In this document: piece by piece, positions 1 to 11,686 of the stretch
Position numbering within the stretch: position 1 is the first letter of the stretch
How the letters are laid out: each line of letters opens with the position of its first letter
Assembly (NCBI GenBank): GCA_024679065.1
Contig: JAGIQG010000003.1
Coordinates: 36,642,001-36,706,000, forward strand
Length of the DNA: 64,000 nt
Direction: 5' to 3'
DNA from: Sphyrna mokarran
Lineage: Eukaryota
The notes under the pieces: model-generated
What the model was told of the DNA's origin: nothing
Seen by the model: only the letters and a program-made list of their open reading frames with translations
Databases searched by the model: none
Made by a program: the position numbers and the translations under genes

Positions 1-164
1 AGGGAGCCAGAGTAATTGTCCTTAGTACTAGGAAGGGAGTTGCTCCTAGCCAAATTGCACAGTGCCCATCTGGACATATTTAAGATGTAAATGTTCATCA
101 GGAGTTATCTATGGAGGCATGGCATTGATGCTGAATCTAGTGAATAATGCTAATTACAACAAGG

Positions 165-800
165 ATTGCCTGCTATAGCCCCATTGCATCCTTGAGAATG
201 GACAGCCAATCATGGATATGAGTTCATGTTGATTATGTGGGGCCATTCTTGGGTGCAATGTTTTTGCTCCTTTTTGGATGTCCATTCAAAGTGGATGGAA
301 GTATTTGAAATGAAGTCTACGACATCAAACACTACAATTGAAAGATTGTGTCAATGCTTTTTCGACCCACGGGATATCTGGAATCATAGTGTTGGAAAAT
401 GGAACAGGAATGCTGAACCTCAAAATTTCACCTCTTTGAGTGGTTTCAAGCATTTCGGCTCGGTGGCTTACCACCCAACACCCAATGGATTGCCTGAATG
501 AGCAGTCCAAACCTTCAATCTGGGCCTTTATAAAACATTTTAAGAAGTCTCACAACACCAGGTTACACCAGGCCTTATGAAGCAATCATGGGCAACCCTG
601 GAGACCAGAATCTCATGATTCCTTCTAGACTGTAGAATCACTCCACATTCTACAGTGAGAGTCCCACCAGCAGTGTTGTTGTTAGGCTGGAGTCTTGGAA
701 TAAATGTGCCTCAAGTTAGGACTCAGGAGTTGCTATATCAAAAACAAGACCTTTGTCTAATGAAGTGTATATATAAAGGAGAAACATCTGGAAGCTTGTA
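165..800 (+). mobile_element. Degenerate Gypsy LTR retrotransposon integrase region
   Basis: Broken frames give PLHP-W-EW...VHVDYVGPF-LG-MF...DVHSKWMEVFEMKSTTSNTTIERL...YHPTPNGL, the typical Gypsy integrase core; stops and frameshifts present. Confidence 0.85.
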
Positions 801-1116
801 GTCCATTTAAGAATCAGGAGTTGTCCCAACAGTCAGTACTGCTGCCTGAAGCCATTTTGCTGCCTATCTAAGCAGTGAAGTACTAAGTCAGCTTGTGACA
901 GATGAGTCTTGTCTCCATGGAAACAGACGAAGCTGAATTACCAGTATCTGGTGCAATCGTTTCTGCAGGAAGCAACCCTAACAGAGGAGTTATGCACGCC
1001 ATTAGAATTAGAAATCACCTGAAAGATTCAATTTATGCTGGACTGAATGCGCACTTTTAATGCCCAAATTATTGGGGACCAAGTAAGTTAAATGTTATCA
1101 ATGTATAAAAGAACAT

Positions 1117-1354
1117 AAGGGGAAGGGATGCAGTGTTGTTCCCTTTAAGGGGCAATCGGTAAGAGGGTCACATGACCCAGGTAACCAATCAAGAACCAGA
1201 GTAAGTGGGAATATCACTATAAGAAATGTGGGCTTTAGTATCAGTTCAACTCTTGAAACTGATTGGCAGCCATGAGGCTGCAGAGCTGTATATTATATTT
1301 ATATGTAAATATTACAGCTGTGATTTACCTAACTGGTGGACAGGAATTATTACA
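1117..1354 (+). mobile_element. Polypurine tract plus 3' LTR of the Gypsy element
   Basis: Purine tract AAGGGGAAGGGA at 1117-1128 directly followed by TG (1129) and ending ATTATTACA (1354); similar to the reverse complement of the LTR at 32981-33188. Confidence 0.7.
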
Positions 1355-1877
1355 ATGCCTATGTCTCCATTGATTCCTGAGAGATCTCATTATCAATTAT
1401 CACTATTGCTCTTGTTTCTTTCTGTCTTTTCATTGTAATATTCTAATGGCTATCTTCAATTCACACTCTTGTTCTCACTTGGGTTATTCCAGCGGATTGT
1501 AGGTCTTCAGTGAATTTGGTCAACAAGATAGTTGCTGTGACTTTCCTTGTGAGGTTTGAAGAGTATTTCTGCTCCAGTGAACTCAATAAAGGAAATTCTT
1601 GCCTTGAGAATCTCCTTATCCTTTTTAAAGCATACAAGCATCTTCAGCCTTCAGAAATTATTCAACTTCCATGCTCAGGATCTGTTTGTTTATGCTACTG
1701 GTGACCCATAGATTATTAGAATCCCAATTCACATAAGTACATGACTTTCCCATCTAATTTAGGTATTATCCACCTGCAGAACTTGCACATTAATATTTGA
1801 AGCAACAACAGAGATCAAGTTTCAAATGAGTATGTAACCCACTCACTTCTATTTGCACACCTTGCCAAGTTTTGACA

Positions 1878-2011
1878 GGATAGTATGGTTAAATTATGGG
1901 CAGCAGGCGGGTAAGTGGAACTGAACCACTATCAGATCAGTCATGATCTTATTGAATGGTGGGGCAGGCTCGAGGGACTAGATGGCCTACTTCTGCTCTT
2001 ATTTCTTATGT
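1878..2011 (+). mobile_element. CR1 LINE 3' end fragment
   Basis: ...GATCTTATTGAATGGTGGGGCAGGCTCGAGGGACTAGATGGCCTACTTCTGCTCTTATTTCTTATGT, the same tail as the CR1 ending near 53600. Confidence 0.8.
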
Positions 2012-3109
2012 AAATTTACTCCCTGGTGAAAATTAGCCTCTTCTTTCGTATAGTAAGATGAAATCTAATCTACTCTTACAGTGTAAACATTATGACCAAA
2101 GCTTTGCTTTATTTTGTACATTCTGCGATCAAGCTACTGGTCCTGACAATGACAGTGAAATTACTCAAATTACTGACAGCGAGATAAACAGTTCAAATGT
2201 GCATTATGTGGTCAGCATTTTGAACGGACATTTGTAGTCATGGACTCATTTTGTTCACTTGTTCTGACTAATTACTAAACAAACAAAAATTGCAGAGTAC
2301 AGCACTATTGCAGTGAGATACACCATTATCTGTGCCAACATTAATGAGTTTCACATAAATTATTAATCAGAAGTATAATGGTTAATCAGTTATTAACAAA
2401 CAGACTGCACTTATGGAAAAATAGCTTTGGTATTTTTGGGCTAGATTTGACATTTGAAGTCAGTATTTCTCTGGTGCAGCTTATTATTGCCTCAGCTCAT
2501 CAATCAATGGGTAGAATTTTCCCAAGCCCTCACCAGCATGTTTGATGGTAAGCAGACTGGAAGAATATGGCAGGAGGACCAAAGGTCTGTTTCATGCCAG
2601 CATGAATTTACAACTGGATTTTCCACTGGCACCTGCTGTGATGGGTTGAAACCTCTGGAATTTGTAACCCTGGATCAGGGATGTATTTGCAGGTGGATCT
2701 TCCAGATCTGGTGTGCTGGGCAGGGTCCATCTTCCAGCCTCAGAACGTGCCTGGAACTTCTCAGGAAGTTCACCTTCTTTCTTCAAGTGATGTTGGCTGC
2801 CTTTTCAGTTTGGGCACAAGGGCAGACCATACACCATCCAGACCTGTCGTGTTATTGAATACTGCATGAAGCACTAGGAGTGCATAATTAATGAGGTCAT
2901 GGCTGGAAGATTTTGCATGTTTTCCCACTGGCCACTTCAGCGGGAAATACGCAAGGTTCCTGCCTCCACCACAGCACGTAGAGTGGGTGGAATTCTTCCA
3001 TTTTGAGGCTAGCAGTCAAAAATATCAACGGAAAGAAAAGTGTAAACTTAAAGCAAAAAAAATCAGGACCAGCAAAGTGTTTTTTATACAGTAAAATGGT
3101 TTAAATATA

Positions 3110-3276
3110 AAACACCAACAAAATGATGGAAAATTTCAGCAGGTCTGATAGCATCTGTTGGAAAAGAATATAGCCAACATTTCTAGTCTAGATGGCGCTT
3201 TGTCAGACCGGCTGAGATTTTCCAGCATTTTCTGTTTTTGGTCCAGATTCCAGCATCCATAGTATTTTGCTTTTAT
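3110..3276. mobile_element. Penelope-like element terminal fragment in inverted (hairpin) arrangement
   Basis: Arms 3120-3148 and 3203-3231 are reverse complements (3 mismatches in 29); the minus strand carries a decayed hammerhead-like core CTGACAA...GAAA; same family at 33595-33719. Confidence 0.6.
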
Positions 3277-5984
3277 CTAAATATAAAAAAGAATGAAAGT
3301 AGTCCCTACAAATCCAGAAGTTCTGTTTCATTTTTCAAAGACACTTGGTCAGATTCCATTACCCAAGGAGCTCATTTTTATCAATATGTTATAAATGTTG
3401 CATTCTATTTTCATAACAAATTTTACACAGTGGGTAAGATATTGGGCTCGTTAACCACCAATTTAGGGTGCAACAAATCCCTTAAGTCCAAAATGGCATC
3501 AGCAGCAGCATGAGCACATTACATATGAATCTCACTGGATGTTGTTTTGATGAATGTGTTAACACACCAGCAAGGAATGGTTGCTAAAAGTGCACGGAAC
3601 AGGAATTGATATCTTCTGCCTTTGCTTGGACAATACACATTTCTGGTGCTTCTATTGCTGTTTGAAGTTGTAAATGTCTGTGGAAATAATTGGCATATGC
3701 TAAAGAAGTTTTGGTGACTTCAAGACTTCTCAAATAGGGCACTAGTAGATATTCACCAGCGTGACAAGCTGTTGGGAGAGGGAGAAAACTTCTCAGCAGG
3801 AAGCAATATTTGTCTCAGTATAAAGCAGCAGTTCTTCTACTTGAATCTCTACGGAAAAACATGTGAGACATCTTTACTTTGGGAATGACCCTGCCATTGA
3901 AATCTGAGCATGTTGCAGTCACAGCCAGAACATCAGAGCATGCCTAGATCTGCACTGCCATGGGCTATGAAGTTGATATTGGCCATGAACCTGCATGTGT
4001 GTAGGTTCCTTCCAGGTAAGAGCTGAAATTAGCAGTTTGCCATCCACTGTGGCATAAAGAGAGTGCTGAGGCTCTCTGAGAAATAATTGCATTTTACACT
4101 CTTGCTTAAGGCAAGTAAATAGAATGAGAATATGGCTTCTCCAGGATTGCAGACTTACTTATAATTCAGTGCCACAGACTGCATTCATTGCTTTGGAAAC
4201 ACCACCTGTCAATGCTGGAACTGAAATAGATTGCGCATCTCAACATCCAGCTGGCATGTTACCATACTGTTGTGAAACCATTGTTTTATAATAAATGACT
4301 TTATGAATCTATAGACTGGAAATCACTAATTGAACTTTAGAAAGTAACAAAGCCACATTTCTATTACTTTAAATCACAGCTAAAGATGGCTGCCAATCTA
4401 TATCACTAATTTATACATTCCAAAGCCACTAAATTGGAGAAACAGCAAAAACTCACCAGGAACAATTGCAATGAAGGAGTATGAATGAAGGACATCTCCC
4501 CTCCCAATAGCAAAGCATCCAGGCAATCACCTGGGTATCCAACTAAATGGAGATAAATCATTTGATGTAATCACTTGTATAATGGCCCTCGAGCTTTGAA
4601 AGAAAATTTCTCAGACATCATCTAAGCATAGGTGATATGGTGATGTAGTAGTTAACACTGCTGCCTCACAGCTCCAGAAATCTTGGACTCCCCATGACCA
4701 TGAATTGGAGTAAGCAGTTAAGGGAAGGGCAAGAATTGCAGTGAAGTAATTTTAAGCAAGTAAATCAAACAACAGAATCCACTAGCCATAACTACATTTG
4801 GATCATTGGGTAGTTGGAGAGTGGGTCCTGTGGCAGCCTACTCTTGGTGCATTTAAGCAATAAAGAAATGCTACAGAGGACTGGTCAGAGACAAAAAATG
4901 ACATGGGTTATTCACTGCTGATATGACTGGTCAGTCTCTGATGAGCAATCCACTCAGACATATATGTAGTATGAAAATAGTAAGATGTTGTAGAACAGAC
5001 CATTGGCTTGTCGGAACAATTGTTCCACTGTGTGTGGCCCACTCTGGAGGAACCCTGCAGTACTTAGCCAAGTGGGGTGAAGATTCTTGGCTGGCAGTTG
5101 TGTGCTTCACAACCTTGTCATCAAGAGGCTACAGTGGTTCCGACTAACTATATCCACCAGTTCCAGAAATAGGAGCATTAGGAGGAGGATGAAGGGAGGA
5201 TACAAGCTAGACAGCTGCTTTCTTCTCTGGCTGTCTGTGTGGAACTCAATGTGTGATATCGTTAACCACAACTCCAATTCTCCATTCATCATCAGTCCAA
5301 ATTCTAACTTGCCTTTCCCACTGATCTTATTTGCAGCTACTTTGCCACATGCAAAAATAAAACACTGCAAAAAAAAACTTTCAAAACCAAATTTATAAAT
5401 AAATTCTTACCACATTGCATAATGTTTTAATGTATGCTTTCTCCTATTTAAATGTATGTGCTAATATCTTTAGCAGATATAAGCACGCATGGATGGCATC
5501 ATTGGCAATGCAGGTTTTAGTGGAGCTAGTCTTGCTGTGAGGGATCTGCGTAACTAGATGCCTTTAGTTTAGAATCCATGCTGTGCTGTATTTTGATATT
5601 TTTGTAAGTTAAAAAAAGATTGAATACCATAATGCATTTGACTATATTTTTGTGGCCAAGTTACCACACATATTAAAATCCATTACCACTCTTAGTACCT
5701 GTCATCCATTTCTCTTTGCCTTACCTGATGCTCCTCCTACAGTGCTATGCCAGTGCTGGTTGGTGGAAGGCTGCTTTCTGCCAGTAGGGGAGATGGCTGA
5801 GCTTGGAGATCGACTTCTGGAAGCTCTGGGGCTAAAAGGCTGAGTTGTGGACTGCACCATCTCAGCACAGATAACAGCAGACCGGGCTGGGTGACAGATG
5901 GGCAACAACACACTGAAATAACGTCCTAAAAAGTACTTAAAATCAAGAGGTAAAAAGTAATTGAAAAACGAATAAAACTAAAAA

Positions 5985-6230
5985 AGTTAGTTTATTCAGT
6001 GACAAGTAAGGTTTATGTTAACACTGCAGTAAAATTCAATTAGTCACCACAGTCGAGCGCCTGTTTGAGTCAATGCACATAACCACTGTCTTTCAGAATG
6101 TGGGAGGAAACCCAAGCAGACACAGGGAGAACGTGCAAACTTCATACAGAAGTGACTCAAGCCAGGAATCGAACCTGAGACCTTGGTAGTGTGATGCAGC
6201 AATACTAATCACTGTGCTACCATGCCGCCT
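5985..6230 (-). mobile_element. HE1/V-SINE-type tRNA-derived SINE (tail type B)
   Basis: Reverse complement has a tRNA-like head (A box, GGTTCGATTCC B box), V-domain TTTGCACGTTCTCCC...TTTCCTCCCACA and an AATAAA-ending tail. Confidence 0.85.
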
Positions 6231-6231
6231 A

Positions 6232-7840
6232 AAGGCTGACAAACCCCGAGGACCTGATGGATTTCGTCCTAGGCCCTTTAAAAGGAATGGCTGCTAAAAT
6301 AAAAGATGCATCCATTGTAATTTTCCTAAATTCTGGAAAGTCCCATCTGATTGGAAAATAGCAAATGTAACACCTCTATGCGAGAAAGGAAGGAAGCAGA
6401 AATGAGAAAATTGTAAACCAGTTAGCCTAACATTCGCAGAGGGAAAATGTTAGAATCTATTGTTAAGGAGGTTATAACAGGGCATTTGGAAAATCTTAAT
6501 GCAATCAGGCAGGGTCAACATGGTTTTGTGAAAGGGAAATCACATTTGACTCATTTACTGGAGTTCTTCTGAGAGAGTAACAAGTGATGTGGATAAGGGA
6601 GAATTTGTAGATATGATGCATTTAGTTTTCCAAAAGAGGTTTGATAAGATGCCATATCAAAGACTATTATATAAAATAAGAGATCATGGTGTAGGGGGTT
6701 AACACATTAGCATGTGTAGAGAATTGCCTGGCAAACGGAAAACAGAGTAGGGATAAATGTAACTCTGCCAACTGTGTGTGGTGCCTAAATGATTTATAAT
6801 CTATATCAATCATTTTGATGAAGGGACCAATTTGCTAATGACACAAAAATAGGTAGGAAAGTAAATTGTGATGAGGACATTAAGCATCTGCAGAGGGATT
6901 TAGATAGGTTAATTGAGTGAGTAAAAATCTAGCAGATGATGTATAATATGGGAAAATGCACACTTTGAAAGGAAGGATAGAAAAGCAGTATATTACTTGA
7001 ATGAAGAGAGATTGCAACATAGAGGGATCAAGGTGTCATGAACACAAAATTAGCATCCAGGTAAACCAAGTGATTAGGAAGGCCAAATTGAATGCCTATT
7101 GTAAGGGAAATGGAACCTATAAAACTCAAACTTTTACTGCAGCTATATAGGCCCTTAGCCAGACTACATCTGGAGTACTGTGTATAATTTTGATTTTTTT
7201 TTAGTTGAAAAAAGATATAATTGCATTAGAAGGAATTCAGAGATGGTTCGCTCAACCCTTTAACTCTTTTTTGAGTTAAAAGCTGTAACTTTTGTGACAG
7301 GTTGGAACAGATTGGGCCTATACCCAAATTAGTTTAAAAAATTGAGAGGCAATCATATTAATACATACAAAATTCTGAGGGAATGTGACAGTGGTAAAGA
7401 TTAGAAATAGGAGACATGGTTTAAGAATATACTCTCCCTTTTTACGACTGAAGTGAGGAAATTTTTTTTCTCTCATTGGCTGGAACTTTACTGTCTTGCC
7501 CGCCATGGGAATTGGAGTGAGCAAGGGGTGTACCACGGAAAGGTCTGTTAACCTCAGGTGGGATTCTACAGTTTTGGGATGAGCAAGGCCATGAAATCCC
7601 ACTTGTATCTCTGAAATTCTCTTTCTCAGAGAATAGTAGAAGCTGAGGTCATTGAATTTATTCAAGGCAGGGTCGGATTGAATTTTGAAAGATAAGGGAG
7701 TCAAGGGTAATGGGAGTGGTGGGAGGGGATGGGAGCGGACAGGAAGGTGGACCACAAGCGGATCAACCACGATCTCATTGAAAGGCTGAGCAGACTTAGA
7801 GTCGAATGGCCTATACCTATACCTAAGTTCTGTGCTCCTT
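6232..7840 (+). mobile_element. Degenerate CR1 LINE ORF2 (RT) plus 3' tail, interrupted by a MITE
   Basis: Remnant peptides KADK-PGPDG, DWKIANVTPL, QHGFVKGKS-LT-LLEFF, RPHLEYC-like; CR1 tail at about 7750-7840; many stops. Confidence 0.9.
7478..7602 (-). mobile_element. Short MITE (Harbinger-like family) nested in CR1
   Basis: Imperfect TIRs GGCTGGAACTTTAC / ATGAAATCCCAC; internal sequence matches 56108-56237 in reverse orientation. Confidence 0.65.
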
Positions 7841-7874
7841 TTGAAAGGGAGAATCGGGTCTGGGGTCCAAAAAA

Positions 7875-8952
7875 AATGTGTGGGTTAGGTTGATTGGCCA
7901 AAGTGTCAGAGATGAGCAGGTTAATACTGCGCCCAGTTCTGGTCTCCGTACTATCGGAAGGATGTGGAGTCCTTGGAGAGAGTGCAGAGGAGGTTTACCA
8001 GGATGCTGCCTGGTATGGAAGGACTGTCTTATGAGGAACGAATAGATAGACTGGGGTTGTTTTCCCTTGAAAGACGTCGGCTTAGAGGGTATCTCATAGA
8101 GGTGTATAAGATTATAAGGGGTATAGATAGAGTAAATGGAGGTAAACTTTTTCCACCTTTAGAAATGGATAGGACGAGAGGTCATGGCCATAGGGTGAAG
8201 GGGGCTATGTATAGGACGAATATTAGAGGGCAGTTTTTCACACAAAGGGTAGTGGGGGTGTGGAATGCACTGCCGAGTAAGGTGGTGGGAGCAGGCACGC
8301 TGGGGCTGTTTAAGGGTCTCTTGGACAGCCACATGAGCGGTATGCAGATAGAGGGATATATTAGGACTGTTTAACTACGGCTTTTTTCCACAGGTAATTC
8401 GGTCCATAATTTGAGCACGCATTCGGCAGGTGGTGCGGGTACAGCTCTTGGATGTTGATTCATGGGTTGCCTGGTACCTCATGTCGTATATGAGTGCTTT
8501 ATGTGGACCACCTGAAGGGCACCATGACAGCTCAGAGACTATCGATGTGGCTGTGCAGACACTTGGAATTGGGCCGGTGTCTGCGGGAGTTTGCGCGTTC
8601 TCCCCGTGGTTGCGTGGGTTTTCTCCGGGCACTCCGGTTTCCTCCCACAACCCAAAAATTCGCTCTTAGGCTGATTGGGTAACAAATTGTCCCTATGGTG
8701 AAAATTTTCCAAATTAGGATTAATATATATATTATTATATAGGAATATTAAAATAGGGTAATGTATTTGGTATTACGGTGGCGCGGGCTCGTTGGGCCGA
8801 AGGGCCTGTTTCCCGTGCTGTGTTGCTTAATTAATTAATTAATTAAATGTGTGCAGTTATGGGAATAGGGCTTGGATGGGATTACAGCCGGTACAGACTC
8901 GATGAACCAAATGACCTCCTTCTGCCCTGTAGGGATTCTATAATTCTATGAT
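7875..8952 (+). mobile_element. HE1-type SINE 3' portion (7875-7924 and 8847-8952) split by a CR1 insertion
   Basis: GGTTAGGTTGATTGGCCA...GCAGGTTAA upstream and ATGTGTG...GGGATTCTATAATTCTATG downstream are consecutive parts of the SINE seen in other copies such as 58407-58602. Confidence 0.7.
7925..8846 (+). mobile_element. Young 5'-truncated CR1 LINE with long V-domain-containing 3'UTR and (TAAT)n tail
   Basis: Open ORF2 C-terminus YCAQFWSPYYRKDVESLERVQRRFTRM...GQFFTQRVVGVWNALP, stop at 8374; CpGs retained; CR1 terminal motif GGGCCGAAGGGCCTGTTTCCCGTGCTGT, then TTAA repeats. Confidence 0.9.
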
Positions 8953-8999
8953 AGTAAATTCATGCTCTGTGCCATTGCCACTCCCCATGACACCACGTC

Positions 9000-10636
9000 A
9001 ATATTAGTAATCTAGGAGAATAGGTGCAATGCTGCAAGTTTTTCTCACCTTGGTAATTACAGACAGCAGAGTGAAACAACAGCTTGCATAACAGTTGTAC
9101 GAACTACTACTGCAACAGGTGGTTTCTGCTTGTGCTTCAGTATAAACTAATATTTGCCATCAGATGTGTATCATGGTTGGGTCCACATGTGTACTGATGG
9201 GCTTGGCCACCCACCATTTCCTTACAGAGGAGGATGGGCTTCAATCCCTATATAAATTCCTGTGCCAACTTCATGCCAGACTCTTCCTGGTTCTATGATA
9301 TTGACTATAGACCTTTTGGCAGGCATCCTAATGTAGTAAGCATACAGTTGTGCATACCCATTAGTGTTCTGAAGGCTGACCATTGACATACTCGACTGAG
9401 TTCTCTGCAGCAGAGTTAATGTACAACCTCTCCCTCTGGTTAGCTGATACCTACATGATTCTTGCGCCCTTCGCAGATTGCAGCTGCTTACGCCTGGTGT
9501 CTCACCATATGCAAGTCCCATCTCTTTATTACCTCTTAAATTACGAACAGTGTGAGAATCTGAGCTGGAGCTGTGAATGTGAACTAGACTGATGGTGTGT
9601 CTTCTTCATCACTGCCTTCTTGCTGTTCCGACACTGCTTGACCAGGTTACAAATTTTAGTTATCTGAAAGAAAATGGGCACAAGGGTAAGGTTATGATGT
9701 GGGAAGGGAGTGGCATATGGGTAGGTAAGAGGTGCATGCTTATACCATCTGGAGCTTGTAAATTAGACGAGAGTGTGATTAACAGGTTAAGAGGAAGAGG
9801 ATTAGATACCAAGATACAGTCATTTTCAATGATTTCAACTCCTGCACTGACAATAACCATTGGAGTAATGGCAGTGGAGTGTTCTCCATCAGGATTAGGA
9901 TATAGCAGTATGTTTGTTTCCTGATGGCTGGCACCTGCTACCTCCTCTTGTGCTCCACAAGAGAAAGGAAAATGTATTGTCGGGTGTTGTGAAATTTCTG
10001 TTTGGGCATGTGGTTTAATGGCTAGCAGTGTGTGCAAGCTATTAGATACAGTTGTGAGACTTGCAACAGTGCTGTGTATGAATCATGTGAATGTTAGATA
10101 TGAGTCCTGATGGAGTGTAATGAAGTGAGCTGTGTGTGAAACACAGTTTGTACAATCTGGCATCTGAAAATGCATTCATTGATTTTTGACCACTTGTGTG
10201 AGGCTATAGAACAGCATCAGGGCTTGATTCCAGACACTGGCCTCAAGAGCTACCCGCTCCCATGGCATTCTGAGCATGCATCTGGAAGGCCCTTTTTGAT
10301 ACTGCACATGTCTAATCCTTTACGCTTTCTCCACCAACACTTTGAATGTCATGTCCAATCCTAGAGGCCGTTCTGTGCTATGTTGTGGCATTCTGCATGG
10401 TTTTTCTGGTCAAACTCCCTTTCTACATGATTGCTGATGCCTGTCTCAGCCCCAATCCACCAATTTAAAAAGTGAAGACTGGCTTTAAGTGGCGCTAGCC
10501 ATTCATAATATAATCGCCTGCTGATGCATCCAGCCAGTGAACAATAGGGACAGATGCTAAAATCACCACCCCAACCAACAGGCCCAGTTCAAAAAGGCAG
10601 CACACTCCACAATTTCAGGGCTGTTGAATTTACCCT
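9000..10636 (-). mobile_element. Degenerate Harbinger-type DNA transposon with Myb/SANT-like protein remnant
   Basis: Minus strand about 10185-10400 gives fragments TFKVLVEK...RPSRCMLRMPWERVALEA...LTQVVK, resembling Harbinger Myb/SANT-like ORFs; GAATTTACCC terminus near 10635. The left boundary is uncertain. Confidence 0.5.
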
Positions 10637-11249
10637 CCAACATTTTAAAAACTTGTCCAAAATAAGTTTTGTTTACTTGCAGCAGTTTTTGATGAAATAA
10701 TCTGGTTCAAGATGGATAGGATATTAACTAGTCAGCTAGGTTGATACAGCTGTCAAACTTCACACAAAAATTGAGTCGTCAAATCCTTTCAATTTTCTGT
10801 CAGCTTTCATATTTCCCTAAATTAAGAAAAATCTAATTGCATAAGCTATGTAACTGCTGACATTGTAACTTGTGCATTAATTTGCACAGCACTACATAGC
10901 ATATACCCCAAAACTCAAATCTGCTGATTTACAAGGTTTATGCTTTAGGCACAGCTTGTTAAGTGCATTCTAAAAAAACAGGAGTGCGACACGGTAGCTT
11001 TCCATATATTTTGTCAGCTGGCTCAATTAAGCATGTGATTCAGTATGAAGGCAGAGCAATTTTCTACACCTGCAGGGATTCACAAATTCCACAGGCATTA
11101 ACCACGTCATCTGTGCTGCAATATAAATCCCAATTGGTTAATTTAAAACTACCTGACCAAGGATGACTAAATGTAAAAATATCCTTTTCTGTGCACTGAT
11201 GTCTGAAAACAGGAGCTCATTTAAGAATTCATATGTACACTGTATCAAA

Positions 11250-11590
11250 TTCTCACAGGGCTGGACAGTCAGATGCAATCATGAAAGTTCCTCTGGCTGG
11301 AGTTCTAGAACAGGTGGTCACAGTCTTGGGATATGGGGTAGTCCATTTAGGGCTGAAGTGAGGAGAAACCTCTTCACTCAGGGTGGTGAACCTATGGAGT
11401 TCTATACCACAGAACTGTGGAGTCTAAGTCTTCAAATATTTAAGAAGGAAATAAATTTCTAGACTATAAAGTTGACAGGGGGTGTGGGGATAGCAATGGT
11501 GTATAACTTTTGAGCTGGGGTATCATCCATTCACATATTGAATGTGGGAGCAGGGTTTAGAGACCTACTATACTAATTTTTATGTTTCCA
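11250..11590 (+). mobile_element. CR1 LINE 3' fragment
   Basis: SRTGGHSLGIWGSPFRAEVRRNLFTQ remnant plus a decayed CR1 tail. Confidence 0.8.
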
Positions 11591-11686
11591 AGTGCTGTCA
11601 TTGTGCATATTTTAATTGTTTCATCTTGATTAGTCTTTCACAACGTTGAAGTGTGTGAAAAATCTATATTAAGTTTACATTTAAAT

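Noticed and set aside
2454-2869. Overlapping 60-134 aa ORFs as host exons (and most other short ORFs in the track)
   Set aside because: No recognisable domain or convincing splice context; the lengths are expected by chance or come from repeats.
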